In this document: positions 44,069-52,263 of the stretch, piece after piece
Layout of the letters: each line of letters begins with the position of its first letter
How positions within the stretch are numbered: position 1 is the first letter of the stretch
Assembly: GCA_964463325.1 (NCBI GenBank)
Contig: CAYXBY010000001.1
Span: 14,791-78,790, forward strand
Direction of reading: 5' to 3'
DNA length: 64,000 bases
Origin: an uncultured Lachnospiraceae bacterium
Lineage (GTDB): Bacteria; Bacillota; Clostridia; Oscillospirales; CAG-272
Notes under the pieces: generated by a model
What the model saw: the letters and a program-made list of their open reading frames with translations, nothing else
Databases searched by the model: none
What the model was told of the DNA's origin: nothing
Position numbers and translations under genes: made by a program

Positions 44069-46876
44069 ATGATAGGGACTGCCAAAAGAGCCCTCTGTCT
44101 GCTTTTGACACTGGCATGTCTGGCGGCATTGGTGATCGTTCCGGTCACGGCGGCCAACGGTAGTGACACCGGTACGGTAAGCTACTCCTGCCCTGCCATC
44201 ACAGCGACTGTCGGACAGCGGGTGCAGCTGACCGGCCGCGCGGTCGAGTTCAAAAGCGCGACTGCAACGCCCGCCGCCGACATCACCTGGAGCTCAGACG
44301 TGCTGACCGTCGGCGCTGACGGCAGCGTCACCCCCACCTCCGCCGGCGTCTATGCACTGACCGCCACCGCGGGCAGCCTGAACCGTAAGGTCTATCTTGT
44401 GGTCAAGGCCGCCGAGGACAGCGAATATGTGCTGTACTACAACGATTTTTCCAACCCTGACATATCCGACTGGCGCGTAGTCCAGCAGACCTCCGGCGCC
44501 ACCATCGGCGTCTCCGACGGCAAACTGGTGCTCGACGCCTCGGGGAAATCTTCATATTATATCCGCCTGCTGCTGCCCTCCTGGCTGTCTGCCTTCGGTG
44601 ACTGCAAGCTGACTGCCAACCTCACCATCGAGCGCGCCGCCGCAGACACCAACTGGATCAGCCTCATGGCGCGCATCCAGAACAACAACTACCCCTACTG
44701 GCAGGCCTGCCTGCGCAAAAAGGCGACCGCCTCTAACGGCACCGAGCTGGCCGAGCGCACCTCGGCGGACAAGTGGAGCGTGACGCACACCTGCGCGTAT
44801 TCCGAGGACATATCTCCCTCAAAGCAGTACGAATACAGCCTTGAGCTGCAAGGCAAAAACGCCTGCTCCACAATTAACGGCGAGCAGCTGCTGTTCTCCA
44901 CCTCGGTGACGCAGACCTCGGGTCATCTCGGCCTTCAGAGCCGCGGCTGCCGACTGGCAATCGACAGCATCAAGGTCACTGTCCCGACCGAGGCGCTTGA
45001 ACCGCCCGTCGCCAATGTCCACACCACGCGCGAGCAAACGTCAAACCTCATCATGACGCCCGCCATCATCTCGCAGATAAAGACCGCCGCCGAGCTCGAT
45101 GAAATACAAACACTCGCGCCCACGGCCGCCATTTTGAACGTCAATTCGGCGCTTGAGGTGACGTCCCCCGACGGCGGGCTACTGTGCTCGCTGAGCGACG
45201 CGCTCGACAAGCTGGGACGGACGGTCATTCCGACGTTTTACGTCAGCGATAAGGCAACCGTCACCGCGCTGTGCGCCGAGCTTGAGCGCCGTGAGCTGAA
45301 GGATGTCATGTTTATCTCGTCGAACGACGAGCTGGTGCTGCTGGCACGGACGACATACCCACATTCGCAGGGCGTGCTCGATGTCTCGAGCCTCACATCA
45401 TCCGATGGGCTTGATAACAGTGCGCTGACTGCACTGCGCGGCCGCGCAAATGCCTGCAACGCGCGCACGGTGCTGCTGTCCGACGACGTCGCGAGCCGTG
45501 ACCGCGTCGAATATCTCCAGCGGCTGTTCATAACCGTCTGGAGCTGCCCCGCCGACACGGCGACAGGCTACGTCTCGGCCATCACCTCTGGCGCCAACGG
45601 CATTGTCGTCGCCGATCGCGTAAGCTACGACAGCCTGCTGACCTCATCCTTCGCCCAAAACACCATAACGCGCCTGGTCAACATCATCGGTCACCGCGGC
45701 ATTCCCTCGCTGGCGCAGGAAAACACTATCGCCGGTAGCGTGCTGGCCTATGACAAGGGCGCGACCATGATCGAAAACGACATTTATCTGACTCGCGACG
45801 ATGTCATCGTTGTCATGCACGACTCGACCATCGACCGCACCACCAACGGCACCGGCAACATCGAGCGCTTCACCTACGAGCAGCTGAAGCAGTATTCTGT
45901 TGACAGCAACGCCAGCTATGACCCTGAGCCGATACCGACGCTTGAGGATTACTTCAAGGAATTTAAGGGCAAGGACGTGCAGTTGGTCGTCGAGATCAAG
46001 TCTGACGCCAACACTAAGATAGTTGACGCGCTGGCAAAGCTGATCGAACAGTACGACATTGCCGATCAGGTCAATGTCATCACCTTCAGCGAGAATTTTG
46101 TCAAGCTGATGCACCAAAAGCTGCCTGAAATATCAGTCGGATACCTGACCTCGTCCATAAAGCAGCTTGAGGATGCCGCCGATGACACGCTTGAGACCGT
46201 GCTTGACACAGTTTCCCCGCTGGCAACAACCTACAACCCCAAGTACAGCGCCGGCAAGCTGGGCTACAACCTGCTGCGTCGGCTGTCCGAGCGTGGACTG
46301 ACCATCTGGCCCTGGACGCTCAACGATCGAGCCGATTTTGACAGCTATTTTATGCTGGGTGTCCACGGCATCACGACCAACTACTCAAGCTGGGCGACAA
46401 ATTACGCCCGCCGCCTTGATGCTCCGTCGTCCGAGGTAACTGTCGGCGAGGACGGCGTCGCATTTGCGCCGTCGCGCATGACCTACGGGCGCAAAACGAG
46501 CGAGATCACAACTGCCGAGATGATCGTGATCGAGAGCAACGGCGCCGATGTGCGCTACGCAGACGGCGTGCTGAGCGCGACCGGCAGCGGCAGCGCCACG
46601 GTTTATTTCAGGCTGGCCTGCCGCACGACCTCGGGCGCAACCTACTACCTCTGCACCGAGCCCGTCAGCGTCACGACGCCCGACGCCGTTGTGACTACCG
46701 CTCCCGAGCCGCAGGATGGCGACACAACGCCTGCGCCATCCATCGACACCGCGCCCGCCCCCACCGACACCACCACGTCCGGTGGCAGCGCCTCCGGCTG
46801 CGGCTCGACCGTCGGCCTCGCGGCACTCGTTGCGCTGCTCCCTGCCGCCCTCGTACTGTCGAAAAAACGCAAGTGA
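44069..46876 (+). CDS. Large secreted, membrane-anchored multidomain protein with a GDPD catalytic domain
   Basis: 935 aa from the ATG at 44069. It has a signal peptide (ALCLLLTLACLAALVIVPVTAANG), an Ig-like (Big_2-type) region, a ConA/DUF1080-like region and a GDPD domain (GHRGIPSLAQENT...ENDIYL...MHD). Then come an Ig-like region, a Thr/Pro-rich linker and a C-terminal hydrophobic helix ending in KKRK. Confidence 0.8.
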   Translation: MIGTAKRALCLLLTLACLAALVIVPVTAANGSDTGTVSYSCPAITATVGQRVQLTGRAVEFKSATATPAADITWSSDVLTVGADGSVTPTSAGVYALTATAGSLNRKVYLVVKAAEDSEYVLYYNDFSNPDISDWRVVQQTSGATIGVSDGKLVLDASGKSSYYIRLLLPSWLSAFGDCKLTANLTIERAAADTNWISLMARIQNNNYPYWQACLRKKATASNGTELAERTSADKWSVTHTCAYSEDISPSKQYEYSLELQGKNACSTINGEQLLFSTSVTQTSGHLGLQSRGCRLAIDSIKVTVPTEALEPPVANVHTTREQTSNLIMTPAIISQIKTAAELDEIQTLAPTAAILNVNSALEVTSPDGGLLCSLSDALDKLGRTVIPTFYVSDKATVTALCAELERRELKDVMFISSNDELVLLARTTYPHSQGVLDVSSLTSSDGLDNSALTALRGRANACNARTVLLSDDVASRDRVEYLQRLFITVWSCPADTATGYVSAITSGANGIVVADRVSYDSLLTSSFAQNTITRLVNIIGHRGIPSLAQENTIAGSVLAYDKGATMIENDIYLTRDDVIVVMHDSTIDRTTNGTGNIERFTYEQLKQYSVDSNASYDPEPIPTLEDYFKEFKGKDVQLVVEIKSDANTKIVDALAKLIEQYDIADQVNVITFSENFVKLMHQKLPEISVGYLTSSIKQLEDAADDTLETVLDTVSPLATTYNPKYSAGKLGYNLLRRLSERGLTIWPWTLNDRADFDSYFMLGVHGITTNYSSWATNYARRLDAPSSEVTVGEDGVAFAPSRMTYGRKTSEITTAEMIVIESNGADVRYADGVLSATGSGSATVYFRLACRTTSGATYYLCTEPVSVTTPDAVVTTAPEPQDGDTTPAPSIDTAPAPTDTTTSGGSASGCGSTVGLAALVALLPAALVLSKKRK

Positions 46877-46910
46877 TCGGACATGTGAGGTGATTGCATA
46901 CTTCACGCAC

Positions 46911-46978
46911 CAAAAAGGCTTGCCCTCGTGCGTATTTGAGCATCATCACGCCTCAATACGCATCCGAGGGCAAGCCTT
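46911..46978 (-). terminator. Long hairpin terminator (minus-strand sense)
   Basis: AAGGCTTGCCCTCG...CGAGGGCAAGCCTT forms about 26 bp in total, including the inner TGCGTATTTGAG/CTCAATACGCA helix. A T-run (TTTTTGG) is present only in the minus-strand sense. Confidence 0.55.
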
Positions 46979-47072
46979 ATGTACGGTGTAAAAATATTGT
47001 AGTCGCTCATTTGCGGCTCTTTAGATTTATTCATTAAATTTTTAAGCAATGATTTAACCGATCAAGCAATTG

Positions 47073-47117
47073 AAAACAGATGGCACCGCTCATTTGCGGT
47101 GCCATCTGTTTTTATTT
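47073..47117 (+). terminator. Intrinsic terminator (plus-strand sense) overlapping the 3' end of the minus-strand membrane gene
   Basis: AAAACAGATGGCACCGC/GCGGTGCCATCTGTTTT forms a 17-bp stem followed by TTTATTT. The stop of the minus-strand ORF (47090) lies in its loop. Confidence 0.7.
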
Positions 47118-47590
47118 GACGGTATTAAGCCTGCAGCGTCAGAACGCGCCGTCTCATCCCCGCCGCGCAATACGCCAATAACAGCCCGGAGCGCAATGGA
47201 GAGAAACCCCGCCATGGCCGCCGCGACGCCGAAAAGCAGCGCCGCGCCCGAACGCATAATACAAGCAGCGCCAAGCAGCGCAACGCACTGCACCGCGCCG
47301 CCCGCGGCGCATCCGCGCAGCAATAACGAGACATCTCGCAGATATCCGGCACGGCCGCGTCGGGCGGCGAGCAAAAGCTCCAGCATCAAGACACACATGG
47401 CCATCGCCGCCAGGACTGCCGCATAAAGGCAGACTAACATCGGCCAGAACCGCTTCATATACGCCGTGTCGATACTGCCGAGCAGCAGCCTCAGCACAAA
47501 CGGAAGCGCCACACACATCCCGCCCGCAGCGCCGAGCATCAGCCAAACAGACACCATCGTCAACCCGAATACCTTTTCACGTCTCTGCAT
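47090..47590 (-). CDS. Small polytopic membrane protein, unknown function (possibly DUF2975-like)
   Basis: The track ORF starts at a TTG. The ATG at 47590, with GGAGGG 5 nt upstream, gives 166 aa and four hydrophobic segments. The family assignment is tentative. Confidence 0.55.
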   Translation of the reverse strand: MQRREKVFGLTMVSVWLMLGAAGGMCVALPFVLRLLLGSIDTAYMKRFWPMLVCLYAAVLAAMAMCVLMLELLLAARRGRAGYLRDVSLLLRGCAAGGAVQCVALLGAACIMRSGAALLFGVAAAMAGFLSIALRAVIGVLRGGDETARSDAAGLIPSNKNRWHRK

Positions 47591-47602
47591 AAAAGCCCTC
47601 CG

Positions 47603-47634
47603 CAATAATCATATTAATACCTTCATGATTATTG
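47603..47634. promoter_or_regulatory. Perfect 10-bp inverted repeat upstream of the membrane-protein gene (candidate operator or RNA hairpin)
   Basis: CAATAATCAT (47603-47612), 12 nt, ATGATTATTG (47625-47634), ending 3 nt from the SD. Confidence 0.35.
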
Positions 47635-47654
47635 CCCACCATTATCGACGGCAT

Positions 47655-47689
47655 ACAAAAAGCGTGCACACCGAATATCAGTGTGCACG
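47655..47689 (-). terminator. Terminator of the lipoprotein gene
   Basis: On the minus strand, a CGTGCACAC/GTGTGCACG stem is followed by CTTTTTGTAT. It lies 36 nt after the stop at 47725. Confidence 0.7.
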
Positions 47690-47724
47690 TCTTTGTATCA
47701 CAATTCAGGAAATGCCTATACAGG

Positions 47725-49047
47725 TTACTGATATACTACGTCATATGTGAGGTCGTATATCTTGCAGCCGCCGCTGTTGAAATTAATGTAATACTTCCCA
47801 TCCCAGTTCATCAAGGTCTCAGATTCCATGGGCGTGGCCAGGTGCACAATGCGCTTAAAGCCGTCCTGCCAGGTGTAGACGATAATAATATTGTCATCCG
47901 TGCCCTTAGACGAATCTCTGCTGAGCGGCATGTAAATGTACGTGTCATCAGCGTCCATGCCCTGACCTATGTAGCCGGTCGTCGACTGCATATCAAGCGT
48001 CGAAACACATTTAAACTCGGTATCACAAATGTTCAGCTTGCCCCCCGCAGCTATGCAATAGCGGTCACGCTGGGCGTTGTAAGCAATGGCATAGGGCGTA
48101 CCATCCACCGTCGCATTCACCTGCCGCAGCAACGTCAGCGTATCAGGGTCGATGATGGACAATGTAGTGCCAACCATGCTCGGCACTACGAGAATGTTCT
48201 CCCGGCTGTTGTAGCACATATCGTTCGCATGATGGAGCGGCAGCTCCTCGCTGACTGCGACCAGTGACCAATCGTCCATTCTGCGCTTGACGATAATGTC
48301 AGTCTCCAAGCCGTTGACATTCTTTTTGAGAACGATGTAAAAATAAGTTCCATCCGTGGCCGCGCCCTGCGTGGCAGTGAAGCCGTTTATCGCCGGCTGA
48401 ACGCGCTTGTTATCAATGGCGGCCGCAATCATCTTTTTGGATGACATGATTCCCTCAAAGGTGTTTTTCTCAGGTGCGGTCACCAGCGTGTCCGCGCCAA
48501 CAGGAATCGCAAAGCCGTTATCCGTTCTATACTGCTTATTTCTAAGATAATTCTCCTCGAAATCATACATAGCGTAGGCCGTCATGGTGTCGTCCGTGCC
48601 AGCAATGACGATCTGCTGCTCTGTCACCTTGATGGCATACGAATCCTCCGGAAGCGAAGAGATCAGCTCACTTGAAGCCGCGCGATTGGTCGAGCCGACC
48701 AGTATCTCCGACGCATTATGATTGATATCGCCTGCATCCCTTACCCAGTCAGACTTGATAACAAATGTAGTTGACAGCAGCTTGTTTATATCCTTATTAA
48801 ACGCAACACAGCCGTCCACTATGCCGCCGTTTGCCTCTTCGGAACGAATGATAGTCAGCTTTGCCACGCCATTCTCAACGAGATGCAGCAGCTTTTGCTC
48901 AGGCACCGACGGAGTGTCAGCGGCCGATGTGCTGTCCGACGGCGTAGTATAATCATCCGCCGGTGTATTGCTGTCAGAGCAGCCGCAAAGCAGCATTGCG
49001 CCGCACAGTATGATCACAAATATAGATCTTAACAGTATTTTATTCAT
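47725..49047 (-). CDS. Lipoprotein of unknown function (lower GC than its neighbours)
   Basis: 440 aa with a signal peptide plus lipobox (AMLLCGC) and a Ser/Thr/Asp-rich linker. The N-terminal domain resembles accessory domains of glycoside hydrolases, and the C-terminal half is repeat or propeller-like. No confident family assignment. Confidence 0.6.
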   Translation of the reverse strand: MNKILLRSIFVIILCGAMLLCGCSDSNTPADDYTTPSDSTSAADTPSVPEQKLLHLVENGVAKLTIIRSEEANGGIVDGCVAFNKDINKLLSTTFVIKSDWVRDAGDINHNASEILVGSTNRAASSELISSLPEDSYAIKVTEQQIVIAGTDDTMTAYAMYDFEENYLRNKQYRTDNGFAIPVGADTLVTAPEKNTFEGIMSSKKMIAAAIDNKRVQPAINGFTATQGAATDGTYFYIVLKKNVNGLETDIIVKRRMDDWSLVAVSEELPLHHANDMCYNSRENILVVPSMVGTTLSIIDPDTLTLLRQVNATVDGTPYAIAYNAQRDRYCIAAGGKLNICDTEFKCVSTLDMQSTTGYIGQGMDADDTYIYMPLSRDSSKGTDDNIIIVYTWQDGFKRIVHLATPMESETLMNWDGKYYINFNSGGCKIYDLTYDVVYQ

Positions 49048-49078
49048 ATAAGTATGCCTCCGTGATATGGTGTTTTAA

Positions 49079-50038
49079 TTATTCACTAAACAATCTGCAA
49101 TAATCGCGATACAACTGCACCGAGCGCTCATGCCCACAGAAGGCCGATGTGCCGGGGCGATTCATCATCCCCATATACTGGTAGCAAAGCACCTCGTCAC
49201 AATACTCGGAAACTGCCTCCAGCTGTGCCCGGATGCGCCCGATATCAGCCGGCAGCAGCGCCGAATGGTAGACCGTGCCCTCAAACTCGAACAGCTCCAG
49301 GTCCGCCCAAAGCGCACTGCGCCCCGACAGGTCGTGCACGCGGCGCAGCGCCGCATAGTAAGAGCCCGTCTTGTCCGGCGTCGACTTCTGCACTCCGACC
49401 TCATCCTGATATGCCACAAAATCGACGTCCAGTGCATCCAGCTGACGCGCGTATTCGTCGTCACATTCCAACATATTTGTACCAAACGGCGCGATAAGTA
49501 TGCGCTTTGTGACATCAAGTGAGTGTGCGAAAGCCGTGTAGCTGTTGCAATAATTCATAAACTCGGGCGAGAAATGCCCGCGTATGCAGGTCTCATCCGG
49601 GTAATACCAGCCGTAGAATGAGGGGTGGTGCCCATATAGCGCATACAGCTGCTCCATGGCGCGAAAGGCGCGGCGCGTGACCTCAGGGTCGACCATGTTG
49701 ACCCGCGCGCACGACCAAACGCCGTAAAAGCCCGTCGACATAAACACCCGCAATCCCTGTGCGTCAGCCTCGTCGAGCAGTGCGCCGATGGGGTCAGCAC
49801 AGGCAAAATCCTCGGCGAAGGGGTAGATGTCATTCTTAAAGTAGGTCTCCGCCCTATCCTCGTAGACCAACGATGTGCACATCAGCACTATGTATTTCAT
49901 GCCCAGCCCCGCGATCTCGCGCACCTTCTCGCGCCACTGCTCGCCCGAAAAACGGCGGCAGCTGCTGTTCCAATACTTGCCCTCAGCGGTGTTGTGGTGG
50001 GTAAATTCAAACCACGTCCCGGTTATTTTCTTGATCAT
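49079..50038 (-). CDS. DUF4434-like (glycoside-hydrolase-like TIM barrel) protein
   Basis: I trimmed to the ATG at 50038 (GGAGG 6 nt upstream), giving 319 aa. It starts MIKKITGTWFEF, with W..EL blocks and GMKYIVL...GLRVFMSTGFYG. No signal peptide. Confidence 0.6.
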   Translation of the reverse strand: MIKKITGTWFEFTHHNTAEGKYWNSSCRRFSGEQWREKVREIAGLGMKYIVLMCTSLVYEDRAETYFKNDIYPFAEDFACADPIGALLDEADAQGLRVFMSTGFYGVWSCARVNMVDPEVTRRAFRAMEQLYALYGHHPSFYGWYYPDETCIRGHFSPEFMNYCNSYTAFAHSLDVTKRILIAPFGTNMLECDDEYARQLDALDVDFVAYQDEVGVQKSTPDKTGSYYAALRRVHDLSGRSALWADLELFEFEGTVYHSALLPADIGRIRAQLEAVSEYCDEVLCYQYMGMMNRPGTSAFCGHERSVQLYRDYCRLFSE

Positions 50039-50062
50039 ACAGGCCTCCCTTGGTTTTCTTCT

Positions 50063-50092
50063 ATTATAACATGCATTGCGGTCAAAATGCAA
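50063..50092 (-). promoter_or_regulatory. Putative promoter of the DUF4434-lipoprotein pair
   Basis: On the minus strand: TTGCAT (50092-50087), 18-nt spacer ending in TGT (extended -10), TATAAT (50068-50063). Confidence 0.5.
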
Positions 50093-50103
50093 CCCAAAAA
50101 TGC

Positions 50104-50146
50104 AATAAAAATCGGACATTCTCGGCTTTTGGGTCAAAAATGTCCG
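50104..50146 (-). terminator. Terminator after the bile-salt-hydrolase-family gene
   Basis: On the minus strand, a CGGACAT/ATGTCCG stem with a 20-nt loop is followed by ATTTTTATT. It lies 6 nt after the stop at 50152. Confidence 0.55.
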
Positions 50147-50151
50147 TTTCT

Positions 50152-51108
50152 TCAGCTCTGTGATATTGGAAATTGCGTCAGCGACGAACCGTCGAGCTCT
50201 GCCGCGTGCATATCCACCGCGCGGCGCCGACTGTCCTCGTAGGTCGAGAAATAATACACCCCGCGGTCAGCGTCCCAAGCGCCGGTGTAGATGGTGATCT
50301 CGTATTTGCCCGGCGCGACCTCGCAGCAGCCGCGCACCTGCTCGACTGAGCCTAAAATGTGAAATATCTGACATATGCCCGCGTCCGCTGTGTCGTCCGA
50401 GCGCGAATTTCCGCGCACGAAGGCCGCCCGCACAAAGCGCGACGCCGACGAGACGTCACCCGGCAGCCCCAACGCACCCATGCCGCGGCTGTAGCAGTCG
50501 AGCTCAAGCCCCGGCGCAAAGCTGCACTGCGGTTGGCGTGACGACAGCGCCATATAATTGCGCAGATTTGTCATGTGCCAGTCGAAAGGCGGGTTGTTGG
50601 TCAGCACGCCGGCGGGATCATCATAGACCTGTAGCCCCTCGCGCGTCGATTCGAGCACGATGGCGCCGCTGCGGTCGGCGATAATCCAGTGCAGCTCGGC
50701 CGCAGGATAGCGGTCACTGAAGGGCGTGCCGACGAGGCAGAGACGGTCTATCAGCGCCCGAGCCTCATCCACCGTGGCGCACTGCGACAGCACCCACGGA
50801 ATGAGCTCAAACTGCGCCACGCAGTCCTGCCCCGACTGCGCCTCGCCATACACCGCGTTTCCGACGAAATTCAGCCCCGCCATGCCAAGCCCCCGCTCAT
50901 TGACGGCGTCGTAATACAGCGGATATCCCTCCGCCACGTGCGCCATGCCGATCATGGCATAATGCTCTGCCGTCTCGCCGCCGTGACGCCACCGCAGCGG
51001 ATATCTCCGCGGCATCACGGTGACTGCCTCGCCGTATGAGAATTCATAATCCAACGTCCGCCCCATGAAAAAGTGGCCGGCCGTCCCATAGGTCACTGCT
51101 GTGCACAT
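50152..51108 (-). CDS. Choloylglycine hydrolase family protein (bile salt hydrolase / linear amide C-N hydrolase, Ntn)
   Basis: 318 aa starting MCTAVTY (nucleophile Cys2), followed by GRTLDYEF and NERGLGMAGLNF blocks typical of the family. Confidence 0.85.
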   Translation of the reverse strand: MCTAVTYGTAGHFFMGRTLDYEFSYGEAVTVMPRRYPLRWRHGGETAEHYAMIGMAHVAEGYPLYYDAVNERGLGMAGLNFVGNAVYGEAQSGQDCVAQFELIPWVLSQCATVDEARALIDRLCLVGTPFSDRYPAAELHWIIADRSGAIVLESTREGLQVYDDPAGVLTNNPPFDWHMTNLRNYMALSSRQPQCSFAPGLELDCYSRGMGALGLPGDVSSASRFVRAAFVRGNSRSDDTADAGICQIFHILGSVEQVRGCCEVAPGKYEITIYTGAWDADRGVYYFSTYEDSRRRAVDMHAAELDGSSLTQFPISQS

Positions 51109-51202
51109 ATGCGCTCTCCTAAGATTATTTGATATTTTTAGGTCACATATTGATAAGTTTTGCGGCCAAGGCTACACTGCTTATCATTTTGAGAACAAGG
51201 CA

Positions 51203-52231
51203 TCACAGCCTGTCGGCTATCTCAAATATCAGCCTTTCGGTCTTTTCCCAGCCGAGGCAGGGATCGGTGATGGACTGCCCGAACACGCCGCCGTCAGTCT
51301 TTTGATTGCCGTCGACAAGATAGCTCTCTATCATGAGCCCGCGGCACAGGCGGCGGATGTCGGAATTTTGACGCATCGAGCGCAGCACGTCATGCGATAT
51401 GCGTATCTGCTCCTCGTATTTTTTGCCCGAATTCGCATGGTTGGTGTCGATTATGACCGCAGGATTTTGCAGTCCCGAGGCGGCATAGCGCTCGTTCAGC
51501 TGAAGCAGATCCTCATAATGATAATTCGAGACCGTCTTGCCGTCAGTCGTCTGGTAGCCGCGCAGGATGGCGTGCGCGAGCAGGTTACCCGTGCTCTCGA
51601 CCTCCCAGCCGCGATAGATGAAGGTGTGCGGATGCTGCGCCGCGGTGATGGCGTTCATCATGACCGAGATGTCGCCCTCCGTCGGATTCTTTAGACCGAC
51701 GGGAATGTCCAGCCCGCTGGCCGCCAACCTGTGCTGCTGATTCTCGACGCTGCGCGCGCCTACGGCGACATAGGACAGCAGATCCGAAAGATAGCGATGG
51801 TTGTCGGGGTACAGCATCTCGTCCGCGCTCGAGAGTCCAAAATCGCGCAGTGCGCTCATGTGCAGCTCGCGGATAGCGACAATGCCGCGCAGCATGTCGG
51901 GGTGACTGTTGGGGTCAGGCTGGTGCAGCATGCCCTTGTAACCATCGCCGGTGGTGCGCGGCTTGTTGGTGTAAATGCGCGGGATGATGATGAGCTTGTC
52001 CTGTACCTGCTCCGACACGCGCTTGAGACGGCTGATGTATTCCAGCACCGACTCGCTCTTGTCGGCCGAGCAGGGACCGATAACAAGTATAAATTTGTCG
52101 CTCTCACCGCAAAATACCTTTTTTATCTCTTCGTCACGTGCCCGCTTGACCGCCGCCATCTCCGCCGTCACGGGATATTGCGCCTTGATCTCCTGTGGAA
52201 TGGGCAGCTTACGATAAAATTTCATGTTCAT
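51203..52231 (-). CDS. aroF: 3-deoxy-7-phosphoheptulonate (DAHP) synthase, class I
   Basis: 342 aa containing LVIGPCSADKSE and KPRTTGDGYKGM, and similar overall to AroF/G/H-type enzymes. Confidence 0.9.
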   Translation of the reverse strand: MNMKFYRKLPIPQEIKAQYPVTAEMAAVKRARDEEIKKVFCGESDKFILVIGPCSADKSESVLEYISRLKRVSEQVQDKLIIIPRIYTNKPRTTGDGYKGMLHQPDPNSHPDMLRGIVAIRELHMSALRDFGLSSADEMLYPDNHRYLSDLLSYVAVGARSVENQQHRLAASGLDIPVGLKNPTEGDISVMMNAITAAQHPHTFIYRGWEVESTGNLLAHAILRGYQTTDGKTVSNYHYEDLLQLNERYAASGLQNPAVIIDTNHANSGKKYEEQIRISHDVLRSMRQNSDIRRLCRGLMIESYLVDGNQKTDGGVFGQSITDPCLGWEKTERLIFEIADRL

Positions 52232-52263
52232 AGCTATATTTTAACCTCTCGTGTATTGTTTTA

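Noticed and set aside
47004-47099. I considered whether the 13-nt direct repeat CGCTCATTTGCGG (47004-47016 and 47087-47099) marks a mobile element or att site.
   Set aside because: There are only two short copies 83 nt apart, no integrase or transposase nearby, and no target-site duplication pattern. It is mentioned only as part of the terminator-region finding.
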